NCBI GenBank assembly: GCA_020353515.1
Contig: CP070695.1
Coordinates: 3,456,050 to 3,520,049, forward strand
Length of the DNA: 64,000 nucleotides
Direction: 5' to 3'
Origin: Candidatus Heimdallarchaeota archaeon
GTDB lineage: Archaea > Asgardarchaeota > Heimdallarchaeia > Hodarchaeales > Hodarchaeaceae
Part shown: positions 19,249 through 29,457 of the stretch, in pieces
How the letters are laid out: each line of letters opens with the position of its first letter
Numbering within the stretch: the stretch's first letter is position 1
Made by a program: the position numbers and the translations under genes
The notes under the pieces: generated by a model
Seen by the model: only the letters and a program-made list of their open reading frames with translations
The model's database searches: none
What the model was told of the DNA's origin: nothing

Positions 19249-20904
19249 TTAATTGAACGAATTGTTGATTAATTCTCGTTCTTGATTATTAATTTCATAA
19301 ATTTTGAAGATTTCTAGATTTAAATTATCTAAGCACTTCAATTGGTTGGAACTCGCTTCTTGGATACTCCAAGGCATGTTATGAAGATCTTGTACTTTAT
19401 TTAGTATCTTCGTTTCATGTGATGGTATTTTAATTGGTAAATCTTTCAAAAATTTGATAGGAATCTTTGGAAAGATTGATTTTACAGAGGTGAAACGCTG
19501 CATAAGGTAAAAAGACATTAATTTTGAATTCAATAATGCCTCAAGATAAATTAATTCAGATGGTGGTCTATTAGGTTTTAAAATAATTATGTAGACATCA
19601 CAAACACAAAAATGTTGATTAGGGTCATAGACAGCAATTAATTCATGACCTATTCGTCGAAGCATAAGTTTTGGTTGTAGATATTGGTTGATGTCTTTGA
19701 AAATAGCTTTATTATTTTTGTCAAATCTAATATAGCGAATATTTTTATCCAAACGAAATTTTCTAATAGTTCGCCCCGCTACTAAAGGTACGTACTCTGA
19801 ATTTAGCATATTATCGCTTGTAAGTGGGGATGTGAATCCTAATTCAATACCTCGTGAGATACGAACAATTTTTCCTAAAGGAATAGAATTTTTTTGTATC
19901 TTTTCTAAAATTATCTGAATTCTGTTGTCAGGCGTTGGTAATAATAACTCATATGGATTATCCCGAATCGATTTCTGAATGACTACATTGCCCACTAGAG
20001 GATTATATGGAGAATCTAAGGTATTTTTAATTAGCTCAAATTGAATATTGTTATTATCACGTTCATTTTTATGAGTTCTTCGTTGTAAAACGATAATACA
20101 TGTTTCCACATGAAATCCAGGGAATATTTGACCATCAAAATTGACTATCTTAAGGATTTTTACATTTTGCAATAGAAATTGTCTAATATTTCGATAATGA
20201 TAATTCGTTAGTAGGTTATTAGGGATAATCATCCCTAATAATCCCTTATCCCGCAATAAGCTAATTGATCGCTCAAGAAAAAGAATATAACTTTCAAGCT
20301 CTGGATCAAACGCTTGGTACAGTTTACGGAAAAGAATTTTTTCATTATGTGAGAAGTTAACACCGTAAGGAGGATTACCAAGAATAATATCAAAACCATT
20401 ATTTGAAATTACTTCTGGCCACTCTAAAAACCAATGGAAAGCATGTTTAATTCTTTGAAAATTAATTTCCTTAATGTTATGGGTTGAAATAAAAACACTA
20501 TTGAGCTTATCCAAAGTCCAAGATCTATTCCAACCTTTTGGTGAGGAAAGGAATCCTAATAAAGCATTACCAACCTTAAGAGACAAATCTGAAGGTTTTT
20601 TATCTTTTCTTTCATCAAAATTATTGCAAGCTGATTCAATAGAATCAGGATTGATATCTAGGCCATAACAGCACAAAATTTCCTTCAAATCATCTTTATT
20701 AGAACACTTATGGTAGTTTCTGGAGAAATCGATTAAAAACCGTCCGTCTCCAACCGCTGGATCCAGAATATTTAATTTACCTTTGGCTTGTACTGATTCT
20801 CGAAATTCTATCCAATAGTCAAGAAGTACTTGGACAATGTATGAGATAATCGGAGGTGGTGTTGGAACAGCTCCTAATTTACTTATTGAATCTGTAGTTG
20901 CCAT
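19249..20904 (-). CDS. Eco57I/TaqI-like DNA amino-methyltransferase
   Basis: GAVPTP, ILDPAVGDGRFL, FHWFLEWPEV, GFDIILGNPPY, LEALLNSKL. Confidence 0.88.
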   Translation of the reverse strand: MATTDSISKLGAVPTPPPIISYIVQVLLDYWIEFRESVQAKGKLNILDPAVGDGRFLIDFSRNYHKCSNKDDLKEILCCYGLDINPDSIESACNNFDERKDKKPSDLSLKVGNALLGFLSSPKGWNRSWTLDKLNSVFISTHNIKEINFQRIKHAFHWFLEWPEVISNNGFDIILGNPPYGVNFSHNEKILFRKLYQAFDPELESYILFLERSISLLRDKGLLGMIIPNNLLTNYHYRNIRQFLLQNVKILKIVNFDGQIFPGFHVETCIIVLQRRTHKNERDNNNIQFELIKNTLDSPYNPLVGNVVIQKSIRDNPYELLLPTPDNRIQIILEKIQKNSIPLGKIVRISRGIELGFTSPLTSDNMLNSEYVPLVAGRTIRKFRLDKNIRYIRFDKNNKAIFKDINQYLQPKLMLRRIGHELIAVYDPNQHFCVCDVYIIILKPNRPPSELIYLEALLNSKLMSFYLMQRFTSVKSIFPKIPIKFLKDLPIKIPSHETKILNKVQDLHNMPWSIQEASSNQLKCLDNLNLEIFKIYEINNQERELINNSFN

Positions 20905-21113
20905 ATCTATTCTCCGAAGGATGTTATATCGAATTTTTTTGCAGTTTTTAGTAATTTGAAAACTAAGCTATTTCAGAATCACTTCTAGGGTCAACTTTAA
21001 AAATTTATTAAGATCCTCATAGAATCCTATTGTTTTTTGTTTTTAGTCAGAAATCATAAAAAAATGATAATGATTGATCACAAATAGGATGAAAGGTTTT
21101 ATAAATTCTTAAT

Positions 21114-22496
21114 GTGAGTAAGATGAAGTTTGAAGAGTTCAGTCTTGCAGAAGCACCAAAAATTAAGGGTGATCTTCCAGGTATTAAGTCTAAAATGATC
21201 CTTAAGCGGCAAAGGGAGATTGAAGGAAGTGCACTCTCTTATCCGCTCGGATTGCCAATTGTTATGGAAGAGGGAAGAGGTGCAACAGTGAAAGATGTTG
21301 ATGGTAATGTATTTATTGATTTTTTTGCCGGAGCAGGGGTTTTAGCACTCGGTCACTGTAATCCTATTATCCTAGAAGCAGTGAAAAAACAACAAAACAA
21401 GATTACACATACCCTAGATTTTCCAACTGAAATTAGACTTGAATTGATCGAAAATTTAAGAAAAATTATGCCTGGTACCCTGAAAGACAGTGTAAAAGTT
21501 CAATTTGGGGGCCCAACGGGATCTGATGCTGTAGAAAGCGCTATTAAACTGGCTAAATACAATACAGGTCGTCATGCTTTGATCGCGTTTGAGGGTGGTT
21601 ATCATGGAATGACTGCCACTGCATGTTCCCTAACTTCTGGAAAATTCTGGAAGGAGAAATACCTTCCTATGATTTCAGAAGTTCATTTTATCCCTTATGC
21701 CTATTGTTATCGTTGTTCTCTTGGTAAAACTAGGGAGAACTGTGAATTTGAATGTGCAGCATTTTATGAACATGTACTCGAAGATCCACATTCTGGTGTA
21801 GTTCAACCAGCAGCAGCAATTATTGAACCTATTCAAGGGGAAGGGGGATCCATTGTACCTCCAGACGAATATATTAAGAGAATAAGTGAAATTAGCAGAT
21901 CTTATAATGTTCCAATAATATTTGATGAAATTCAAGCTGGTTTCTGCAGAACGGGAGAGATTTTCTCTTTTCAACATGCAAAAGCATCTCCAGATATTAT
22001 AACATTGTCTAAAGCTTTGGGTGGCGGATTTCCTCTCTCAGCCATTGCTTATAGAGAAGATCTCGATGTGTGGGGAAAAGCAGCTCATATAGGAACTTTT
22101 CGAGGGAATGTAACGGCAATGGCTGCTGGGGTGGCTTCCATACAATTTTTTATTGAACATAATATCAATAATCATGTAAATGAAGTTGGATCTTACATAC
22201 TTAATGAATTAAAAACATTAGAGATTAGCTCTAATATTGTTGGAGATGTACGAGGCAAAGGACTTATGCTTGGTGTGGAATTTGTTGAAAATAAAGAAAC
22301 AAAAAAGCCTGCAACAGAGATAGCAGCTAGAGTGAGAGAAGAAAGCTTTATTCGAGGTATACTACTAGAAATTGGAGGCCATTACAATAATGTGGCGAGA
22401 TTCTTACCCCCCTTAATCATAACCAAAGAATTAGCAGGAATTGGAGTACAAATTTTTGAAGAAGCAGTAAATAAGGTCGAGAAAGACATCCACTAA
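21114..22496 (+). CDS. Class III PLP aminotransferase (diaminobutyrate/4-aminobutyrate transaminase-like)
   Basis: DVDGN.FIDFFAGAG.L.LGH, GPTGSDAVE.A.KLA, EPIQGEGG, DEIQAG, SKALGGG, HIGTFRGN. Confidence 0.9.
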   Translation: MSKMKFEEFSLAEAPKIKGDLPGIKSKMILKRQREIEGSALSYPLGLPIVMEEGRGATVKDVDGNVFIDFFAGAGVLALGHCNPIILEAVKKQQNKITHTLDFPTEIRLELIENLRKIMPGTLKDSVKVQFGGPTGSDAVESAIKLAKYNTGRHALIAFEGGYHGMTATACSLTSGKFWKEKYLPMISEVHFIPYAYCYRCSLGKTRENCEFECAAFYEHVLEDPHSGVVQPAAAIIEPIQGEGGSIVPPDEYIKRISEISRSYNVPIIFDEIQAGFCRTGEIFSFQHAKASPDIITLSKALGGGFPLSAIAYREDLDVWGKAAHIGTFRGNVTAMAAGVASIQFFIEHNINNHVNEVGSYILNELKTLEISSNIVGDVRGKGLMLGVEFVENKETKKPATEIAARVREESFIRGILLEIGGHYNNVARFLPPLIITKELAGIGVQIFEEAVNKVEKDIH

Positions 22497-23686
22497 CTTT
22501 CTCCCCAAAGTTTAATGAATTGTGAATAGAATTCCATGGCTTTCACTAGGTGTTCAGTAGGAACCTGATCCTCTGTAGTGTGAGCAAATTTATCATCTCC
22601 AGGTCCAAACCCAATAGTAGGAATATTAAAAATTCCTTTGGTAGCTACTCCATTCGTTGAAAAACGCCAGTAATATAACTCAGGACTGCTATCAAATTGC
22701 ACTTCAAAAGTTTTAATTGCGATTTGAACTAAAGGATGGGATTCTTCCATATACCATGAAGGATAGTACGCTTTTACAGGATAGATAATTCCATCCTTGC
22801 TTTGATATTTGTGTTCTGGGACATATACATCTGCCTTAGATCTTCTTACAGAATCTAAAGATTTAATTTCATTGAGAACACTCTCTTCTGAATCTTCAGA
22901 TGTTAATCTTCTATCTATATGAATTGTTGAGCTATCAGCAGTGGCATTAATGGAAGGGGAAGTTGAGCAAATATCAGTAACAGATACATTTCCTTTACCA
23001 AAAATTGGATCAACTTTGAGCCCAGAGTCCATTTTTTCAATGTCCAAAATTATTGGGGCTATCTTATAAATAGCGTTATTTCCGAGTTCTGGAGCTGCAC
23101 CATGGCTTGAAATACCAGTTGCATGGATTTTCACATCGGCTCTACCCCGGTGACCAATAGCAACGTTTAAATTAGAAGGTTCACTGAGAATAACAGCATC
23201 TGGTATCAGTTTGTCTTCTTTAATAATATATTGCCAGTTTAATCCTTCATAAATTTCCTCTTGAACAGAAGCAACAATATAGAGTGTAATATCCTCTGGA
23301 ATTCCAGTTTCTTTTATTATATTTCCAGTGTAGATAACCGAGGCAAGTCCACCTTTTTGATCACATGCCCCTCGTCCGAATATAATGCCATCTTCGAATT
23401 TTCCTTTGAAAGGATTATATTCCCAGCTTTGAGGATCTCCAACTTCGACTGTATCTACATGTCCATCAATGGCTAGGATTTTTTCTCCTGATCCTATTTT
23501 TCCCAGTAAATTACCCATACCATCAACTTGAATATCATCATAGCCAATTTTTTCCATTTCTTTTTTTATTCGTGTAATAACTTTGACTTCATTTCCTGTT
23601 GTAGAAGGGATAGCAATCAATTCCCTGGTAAAGTCTGTAACTGTCTGTTTAAGGGATTTAGCTGCGTTTTTTATCTTAGTCTTCAT
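22493..23686 (-). CDS. M20 family metallohydrolase, YgeY type
   Basis: DGHVDTV, GRGACDQKGG, VQEE, GHRGR, FSTNGV, GFGPG....AH. Confidence 0.88.
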   Translation of the reverse strand: MKTKIKNAAKSLKQTVTDFTRELIAIPSTTGNEVKVITRIKKEMEKIGYDDIQVDGMGNLLGKIGSGEKILAIDGHVDTVEVGDPQSWEYNPFKGKFEDGIIFGRGACDQKGGLASVIYTGNIIKETGIPEDITLYIVASVQEEIYEGLNWQYIIKEDKLIPDAVILSEPSNLNVAIGHRGRADVKIHATGISSHGAAPELGNNAIYKIAPIILDIEKMDSGLKVDPIFGKGNVSVTDICSTSPSINATADSSTIHIDRRLTSEDSEESVLNEIKSLDSVRRSKADVYVPEHKYQSKDGIIYPVKAYYPSWYMEESHPLVQIAIKTFEVQFDSSPELYYWRFSTNGVATKGIFNIPTIGFGPGDDKFAHTTEDQVPTEHLVKAMEFYSQFIKLWGES

Positions 23687-24095
23687 GATTATTACCTAGA
23701 TAATCCATTCTTCATTAACCTGTTCACATTTCATATTTGTAGAAGTTACACATGCTTTTTTATTGATCGACTTGATAACTTATCCTTTGTACTCTCATGT
23801 ATAATACTATGAATTCTTCTATTAATAGGGAATAGTGCAAGTGACTTTAGATCTACCTATTAAATCCAATAACTATTTATAGCTGATTTAGGTAAAAATA
23901 CCTAGCATAGCCTAGTACTTAGATATTAAGTAAAAATCATATAACAATAGATTAAGATGAACATGAAGAATTATTAGTATAAGATTGAGTATTATCTGTA
24001 TAGAAATACGGGTAATATATCATTAAAGGTATATCAATTCTATAATCTATAAGATAACCCAACTGAAAGGGATTTAATGAATCGAGGTCGAAAAA

Positions 24096-25196
24096 TTGCA
24101 GAATGATGTAATTTTCTCGGTATTTGACCGCAAAAAAGGCCCAGTTATTTTATATTCTTCGTTAGATTCTCCAGACAGCTCGAAGAGGGTCGCTGTGAGA
24201 TCTTTTATAGCTATTGGCGCAATGGAGGAGCAAGCAGATCTAAGCGGTAAACATGCTGTAGTACCTCTACCAGCTCTTAATAAAATAGCATTTTATTACA
24301 TGTTCAAAGTAGATCGGAAAGAAAAGAGTGATGAATCACCTCTATGGGCTACAATCGGATATATGAATGAGAGTACTGAATCGATTGATTTTTATCGCAC
24401 TCTACCAATTATACAAGAAAATATCCAAAAAATTGTTGAATTAATTCAGCTAAACTTTTCGTACTCTGATCAAGACAATACGTTGAATAGAGTAATCATT
24501 GAATCCATTTCATCTCTCCAGACCCTTCAAGAAGAAACAGTAAAACCTACTCCTATCTATGAACCACCTGGAACTGTGCCACAAGAATCAGTTACAGGAA
24601 TTACTTTTGAGGATTTCAAAGTTGGCGATCTTTCCTTTCTTTTTGAGTACTTTCCTGAAGATCTTGACAAAGTGATTTATGCGCTTCTGCTAGAAGAACC
24701 CGTATTAATTATTGGTGATATTAGAGATATAGTCCAGAAGGTCGTTGCGTCTCTTGAATATCTTGTTCCTCATAGGTTACTTACAAAGAAGTATCTGACT
24801 AATTACATTGATCCTAAAGGTAGTGACATACTGATCTGTTCCTCTCATGTTAATTTCTTGAAAAAATACAAAAATTTCGTAAATGTTAATGTCGATAAAC
24901 GTAAGGTAGATTCAAAAATAAAAGGAGTTCCTTCGATTAACGATCTAATTAATACTCTTCAAATTGCCCCTAAAGAAACACAGACTACTCTGATCAAAAC
25001 TTATGTTGACAAGCTCCTTGCTAAAGCAGCTGAACTTATGGAGCTCTGTGAACCGGAGCAAATAAGTAAAGAGGAGATTCGTAGTTTTCGAGGTGACTTA
25101 AAGGGCGATGAACTAAATGTTGTTATTGCTTTAGTGCGAAAATATGCTCCGCAATTTGAAGATAAACTGTTCTATTTTGCTAGATCGTTAATATGA
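24096..25196 (+). CDS. DENN-domain protein (uDENN/longin plus cDENN)
   Basis: N-terminal FSVFDRKKGP.ILY (uDENN-type FD..xGP); DKVIYALLLEEPVLIIGD...V...V.SL..LVP (cDENN); TTG start with GAGGT RBS. Confidence 0.7.
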   Translation: MQNDVIFSVFDRKKGPVILYSSLDSPDSSKRVAVRSFIAIGAMEEQADLSGKHAVVPLPALNKIAFYYMFKVDRKEKSDESPLWATIGYMNESTESIDFYRTLPIIQENIQKIVELIQLNFSYSDQDNTLNRVIIESISSLQTLQEETVKPTPIYEPPGTVPQESVTGITFEDFKVGDLSFLFEYFPEDLDKVIYALLLEEPVLIIGDIRDIVQKVVASLEYLVPHRLLTKKYLTNYIDPKGSDILICSSHVNFLKKYKNFVNVNVDKRKVDSKIKGVPSINDLINTLQIAPKETQTTLIKTYVDKLLAKAAELMELCEPEQISKEEIRSFRGDLKGDELNVVIALVRKYAPQFEDKLFYFARSLI

Positions 25197-25455
25197 TTTA
25201 TTTCCTAATAATGATTGATAGAATTGCGAATTTCCTATGATTATATTGTTATTTGTCTTGAATTTCTATTCAGTTATCTGTTTATCATTTTTTAGGACTC
25301 CAAGCTAATTGAAGTAATGTTTATTATTATAGGAGAAGGAAAATTACATCCTACTGGGCTTTTCTTGGAGATATCGTACAATATATAAAATTACATATAA
25401 AGATCAAATTAATTATAAAGAGGAATAATGAAATTAATCAAAGGTTGATTATTAG

Positions 25456-26286
25456 ATGGTAACACCTATTGATGTAATAACTGCTTATATTATCTATTTT
25501 CTCCCAACCATAACGCTTTCATTATTGACAGTATTAATTGGGCTTATTGTTTATTATTTTGGTAAAAAGAGAAACCTTTGGTTAATGGAAAATACGTTTT
25601 CTTCAATTTCTCATGGAAGCGGAAAAAGGATAACCGAGTTAAAATTAGTAGAAGAAAGTACTATGGGAAGAACTTATCTTGCAGAGGTTAAGCCTGACCT
25701 TTCAGTTACAAATTTTCGTATACATTTTACAATGGTTCACCGTCATTTAATCCTTAGTAAGATTGCATCAATTATACGAAAAAGACGTGATTACATCCTT
25801 CTTGAAGCTGATCCAAGTGATAAAGTAGTTAATCGTTACCAGCTTGAGATTCTTCCCCGGAGGGAACATAATAGGATTAAAAAGCTAGTAGACATGCTTG
25901 GTAAATTACAAACCTTAGAAATTAGAAATCCTAGGTTTGAAGAATCTTTCATAGCAAGAGTGAATGATTCTGATTTTTTTGAAGCTATCTTTCAGAAAAA
26001 TAAAAGACTCATTCAAATTCTTTTTAATCAAAGAAATCACATTGTAAGAGTCTCTCTTTATCCTTTGGAATCACCATCTATTCGGGTAGTAGCTGAATTA
26101 AATGAGCAGGTTAACCCTAAGCTACTGATTGACGTTATATTCTTTTCAGCAGCTGCAATCACTTCTGTTGCAAAAAAAGGATTTTTTGCTAAACAAAAAG
26201 CTGGTCTGCGCGTTGTACCAGATAAAACATTGGAAAAAGACAAAGAACGATTTGCAAAACCATATGAAAAGAGAATACTAAAGTAA
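25456..26286 (+). CDS. Single-pass membrane protein, probable CCDC47/DUF1682 homologue
   Basis: TM helix followed by YYFGKKRN, then FTMVHRHLILSKIASIIRKRRDYILLE, and a basic C-terminus; matches the remembered CCDC47 layout. Confidence 0.5.
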   Translation: MVTPIDVITAYIIYFLPTITLSLLTVLIGLIVYYFGKKRNLWLMENTFSSISHGSGKRITELKLVEESTMGRTYLAEVKPDLSVTNFRIHFTMVHRHLILSKIASIIRKRRDYILLEADPSDKVVNRYQLEILPRREHNRIKKLVDMLGKLQTLEIRNPRFEESFIARVNDSDFFEAIFQKNKRLIQILFNQRNHIVRVSLYPLESPSIRVVAELNEQVNPKLLIDVIFFSAAAITSVAKKGFFAKQKAGLRVVPDKTLEKDKERFAKPYEKRILK

Positions 26287-26301
26287 GCTACCAGCTAATA
26301 G

Positions 26302-26811
26302 TTAATTCTTTGTTGCTAAAATTTTCTGTTCAATTTGGTTTCTAAGATCAAAGACATCAATTTCTTTAGAAGAGAAACGATATATTGGTAAATCAACATA
26401 GTCTCCCTCTAAATCCTCTTCATATAATTTTATCATGAATCCTTTGGCTCCATAATGCGAATATGAAACTGAAAGTGATACAACAGAAAAATCAGACCAA
26501 GAATATTCGAAAGAACGCTTACCAACTGTTAAAACAAAACCATCTGGTTTAAGAACTAGGGTCCTCTTTACATAACGAGTGAAATATAGATAACTCATCA
26601 TAGCTGCTCCAATGATTAGAACTATTATTGACCCGAGATCTATAGCGATGAAAATTTCTCCAGTGTACCGAGCGAGAATTACCCTAATTACTAGAAATCC
26701 AAGTGTTTCTATAGTTAAAATGACAGCAAAGGTGAATATTACTGAGAAGCCAATCTTGCTTCGAAAAATGGTCTCTTCTTCATCTATTAACTCCTGTTTT
26801 AGCTGAGAAAT
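26302..26811 (-). CDS. Two-TM membrane protein with a PH-like C-terminal domain
   Basis: The frame is open 70 codons upstream of ATG 26601 and encodes two TM helices; probable ATT start at 26811 behind GAGGT. Confidence 0.6.
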   Translation of the reverse strand: MSQLKQELIDEEETIFRSKIGFSVIFTFAVILTIETLGFLVIRVILARYTGEIFIAIDLGSIIVLIIGAAMMSYLYFTRYVKRTLVLKPDGFVLTVGKRSFEYSWSDFSVVSLSVSYSHYGAKGFMIKLYEEDLEGDYVDLPIYRFSSKEIDVFDLRNQIEQKILATKN

Positions 26812-26814
26812 TTT

Positions 26815-27402
26815 CTAAACCTCATTAGTCTTTTGCCAAAATTTTATACTAAACCCTTTTCTATCTAGATTCTTTGGATGAAAGAGTTTTTCTCCACGTC
26901 TAGCAATGAAGCTATCAGAATGAACTATCTGGATATTTTTGAGATCTGCATAAAGCAATGCTGTATCTCGTTGATTGAATCGCTCAAGATGTTTTTTGAC
27001 TTTCTCGGGAAGTCCTCCCTCTCCAAAAAATAAAATCCACAACCATTCCAGTTCTAATTCAGATCGAAAGGAAGTTATTTCCCGAACCCAATCAACAAGA
27101 GTTGACCACTTAATTTTCGCTGTATTCTCTATATGGATGGCTGCGCACCCAACAATATATGTTGGTGAAGCCAAAAATGCAAAAGCTCTAGATAGGAGGA
27201 ACCCTTTACCTTTTACTCCTCCGTAGACAAATAGATCTACATCATTTTTTTGAAGTACCTTTGATTTCTTCAATGCTCTTGAAATGTTAAATCCTCTAAA
27301 TGACCTATCAAAGTTCGCAATCCAACGCCCTCCTTTAATCATTAACTCATTTTCGATGTATCGAAGGTATTTCTCTTTAACAGAAAGATTCTGAGAAATC
27401 AA
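26815..27402 (-). CDS. Hypothetical protein
   Basis: 195-aa ORF filling the gap, co-oriented with neighbours; no motif recognised. Confidence 0.6.
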   Translation of the reverse strand: MISQNLSVKEKYLRYIENELMIKGGRWIANFDRSFRGFNISRALKKSKVLQKNDVDLFVYGGVKGKGFLLSRAFAFLASPTYIVGCAAIHIENTAKIKWSTLVDWVREITSFRSELELEWLWILFFGEGGLPEKVKKHLERFNQRDTALLYADLKNIQIVHSDSFIARRGEKLFHPKNLDRKGFSIKFWQKTNEV

Positions 27403-27448
27403 TATTTTTCGTTATTCCTGTAAATCGAGAATTTTTAAAAATTTTGGG

Positions 27449-27458
27449 AAAAAAAAAA
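27449..27458 (-). terminator. Archaeal oligo-U terminator of the APC permease gene
   Basis: T10 on the minus strand about 15 nt after the stop at 27473. Confidence 0.55.
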
Positions 27459-27472
27459 GGGGAGGGATGGAT

Positions 27473-29287
27473 TTATTCTGGGGGGATTGAAGCATAGATC
27501 GTAGAAAAGTCCACACCACGTGCTGTGTAGTACCTTTTCATAACAATGTAGATCACTGCACCTATCACAATCAAGAATATATACCACCAGAACCACCAAT
27601 TGATGGTTCCAATTGGATCAGCCATATCAGGAATCAATCCGCCACCTACTGCGAGATCAGGGATAAATGGCGGTATAAATCCTAGGAATCCTGTCAAACC
27701 TTCCAGGGGTAATAGTACTCCTGCACTAGCCGGCCCTAGAATTATCAGGTCAATGTATATATTCAAGATCAAGGCGATAATACCAATGACTACAACAGCT
27801 TCTCTTCCTGTTATCTTCGGACGCCAAGCACTCCGTTCATAAACATCTTTCAGCTTACTCGGGAGAATAATGGCAGAGACACATGCTGCTGTGAAGAACA
27901 CAGCGTCAAGAAGGTCAGTTCCACCGATTGATCCACCAGGATTGAAAATATCACCTAGAATTGTTCCAATGACTGGGATATCGCCAATGAATGTTTTTTG
28001 AATAGCATCAGCTTCTCCAACGCAACCAAGACATGCAACCACCGCACAGAATATGATAGCGTTCGTGGGAGAATGCCATCTCTCATCTACTTTGGCAAAG
28101 GCTTCGGGTAGAGCTCTATCGAACGACATTGCGAAGACTATACGGGACGATGTGGTTATGAAGGGTGGTAAGTCGTTTGCGAGCCATAAAATGGCGGCTA
28201 TTGCGAAAAAGACGTTTAATATATCAAGTCCCATACCAGTTGCAGAATACATTGCTATAATTGGCATCCAGCCATGACCAGGATACCCTGGCTGTCCCTT
28301 TCCAGCTCCTTGGCCTAAATAAGCTAGGGCTTGGAAGAAGGTCCAACCACCGCCACCACCAGTAGAGTGAGGGATACTACTTGCTAGGCTGAGGAATGTG
28401 CTGATTGTGATGTATACACCTAGGATTATAAATCCTGCTGCAAGATGTGATATCGGTAATGATCGATTTGCTTCCTTAACTTCACCTGCGGCGAATGATA
28501 TTGCTGCGTATCCAATCCAAGACCAGTAAGCACCCATGATTGAAGCATTCACTGCATCAACATAGGTATCTGCTCTCACACCATCGATTCCGACTTCAAC
28601 AGCTTTTTCAATCCAATTATCAGTTGTGTGTCCAGTTATTTTTACAACTCCTCCAGTTGTAGGGTCTGATAGAAGCGTTGGATCTAAAACTGCTAGAAAG
28701 AGGAAGAGGTAAATGAGGAGAGTAATCGCTGCTGGGATCCAGAACATTAGGTGAAGGAACTTTCCAGTCATAGAGGTACCGAAATAGGCTAGACCAGCAA
28801 ATGCAAAAGTGAAGACAACACCTAGTACTAGTAGTACTAATGGGTCTGTCAAAAAGTCAAGTCCTGTAACTCCTGCTACTGGGAGGAAGATAGCTGCAAA
28901 TTCAACGCATAGTACAGCAATTAAACCATATGATAGGGCAATACCCATAAATTCTGCCCATGCGCATACGAAACCGACTCCTGGGCTAATAGTTCTTGAA
29001 ATATATACATAACCGCCACCAGCTCGGGGCATTGCTGTAGCCATTACTGCAAAGACAAAAACAGTGGCTATAGATGCTGCACCTGTGATTAAGAATGCAA
29101 TAACGAGAGGATCGACTGGTAACATCATGTCTGATGGGTGCAAGGGTGCTGTTCCCGTTGTTTTAAAGACTCTTTGTTGCCAACCACCACCGATAACATT
29201 GCTTAGGATGAAAATAGTAGCAGTTACTACCCCTATCTCTCTGACTAGTCCGGTTGCGTCTCGGACATAGGTTTTTGATTCACTCAT
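27473..29287 (-). CDS. APC-family amino acid permease
   Basis: YVRDATGLVRE, AMPRAGGGYVYISR, AAGEVK, SSRIVFAMSFDRALP..FAKV..RWHSP; about 12 TM helices. Confidence 0.92.
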   Translation of the reverse strand: MSESKTYVRDATGLVREIGVVTATIFILSNVIGGGWQQRVFKTTGTAPLHPSDMMLPVDPLVIAFLITGAASIATVFVFAVMATAMPRAGGGYVYISRTISPGVGFVCAWAEFMGIALSYGLIAVLCVEFAAIFLPVAGVTGLDFLTDPLVLLVLGVVFTFAFAGLAYFGTSMTGKFLHLMFWIPAAITLLIYLFLFLAVLDPTLLSDPTTGGVVKITGHTTDNWIEKAVEVGIDGVRADTYVDAVNASIMGAYWSWIGYAAISFAAGEVKEANRSLPISHLAAGFIILGVYITISTFLSLASSIPHSTGGGGGWTFFQALAYLGQGAGKGQPGYPGHGWMPIIAMYSATGMGLDILNVFFAIAAILWLANDLPPFITTSSRIVFAMSFDRALPEAFAKVDERWHSPTNAIIFCAVVACLGCVGEADAIQKTFIGDIPVIGTILGDIFNPGGSIGGTDLLDAVFFTAACVSAIILPSKLKDVYERSAWRPKITGREAVVVIGIIALILNIYIDLIILGPASAGVLLPLEGLTGFLGFIPPFIPDLAVGGGLIPDMADPIGTINWWFWWYIFLIVIGAVIYIVMKRYYTARGVDFSTIYASIPPE

Positions 29288-29417
29288 TTATGTCACCTTT
29301 AAAATCTAACAAAATTTTTCGAATTTTTTTATCTTATCACTGAAAACTCACTGTACATGCCTTTGAGAATAACACTATGTCTTCTCTAAGGCGAATATCA
29401 ACGTATAATTCATTGTG

Positions 29418-29457
29418 ATGCTTACAAGAGTTTAGATTTGACCTACAATGTAAGCAT
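29418..29457. promoter_or_regulatory. 9-bp inverted repeat in the divergent permease/phosphoesterase intergenic region
   Basis: ATGCTTACA (29418-29426), 22-nt spacer, TGTAAGCAT (29449-29457). Confidence 0.35.

Noticed and set aside
6719-26817. Genome-wide TAG recoding (pyrrolysine or alternative code) suggested by two in-frame TAGs
   Set aside because: Many genes in the window end normally at TAG, long ORFs are uninterrupted, and no pyl genes are present; non-canonical initiation is the simpler explanation.
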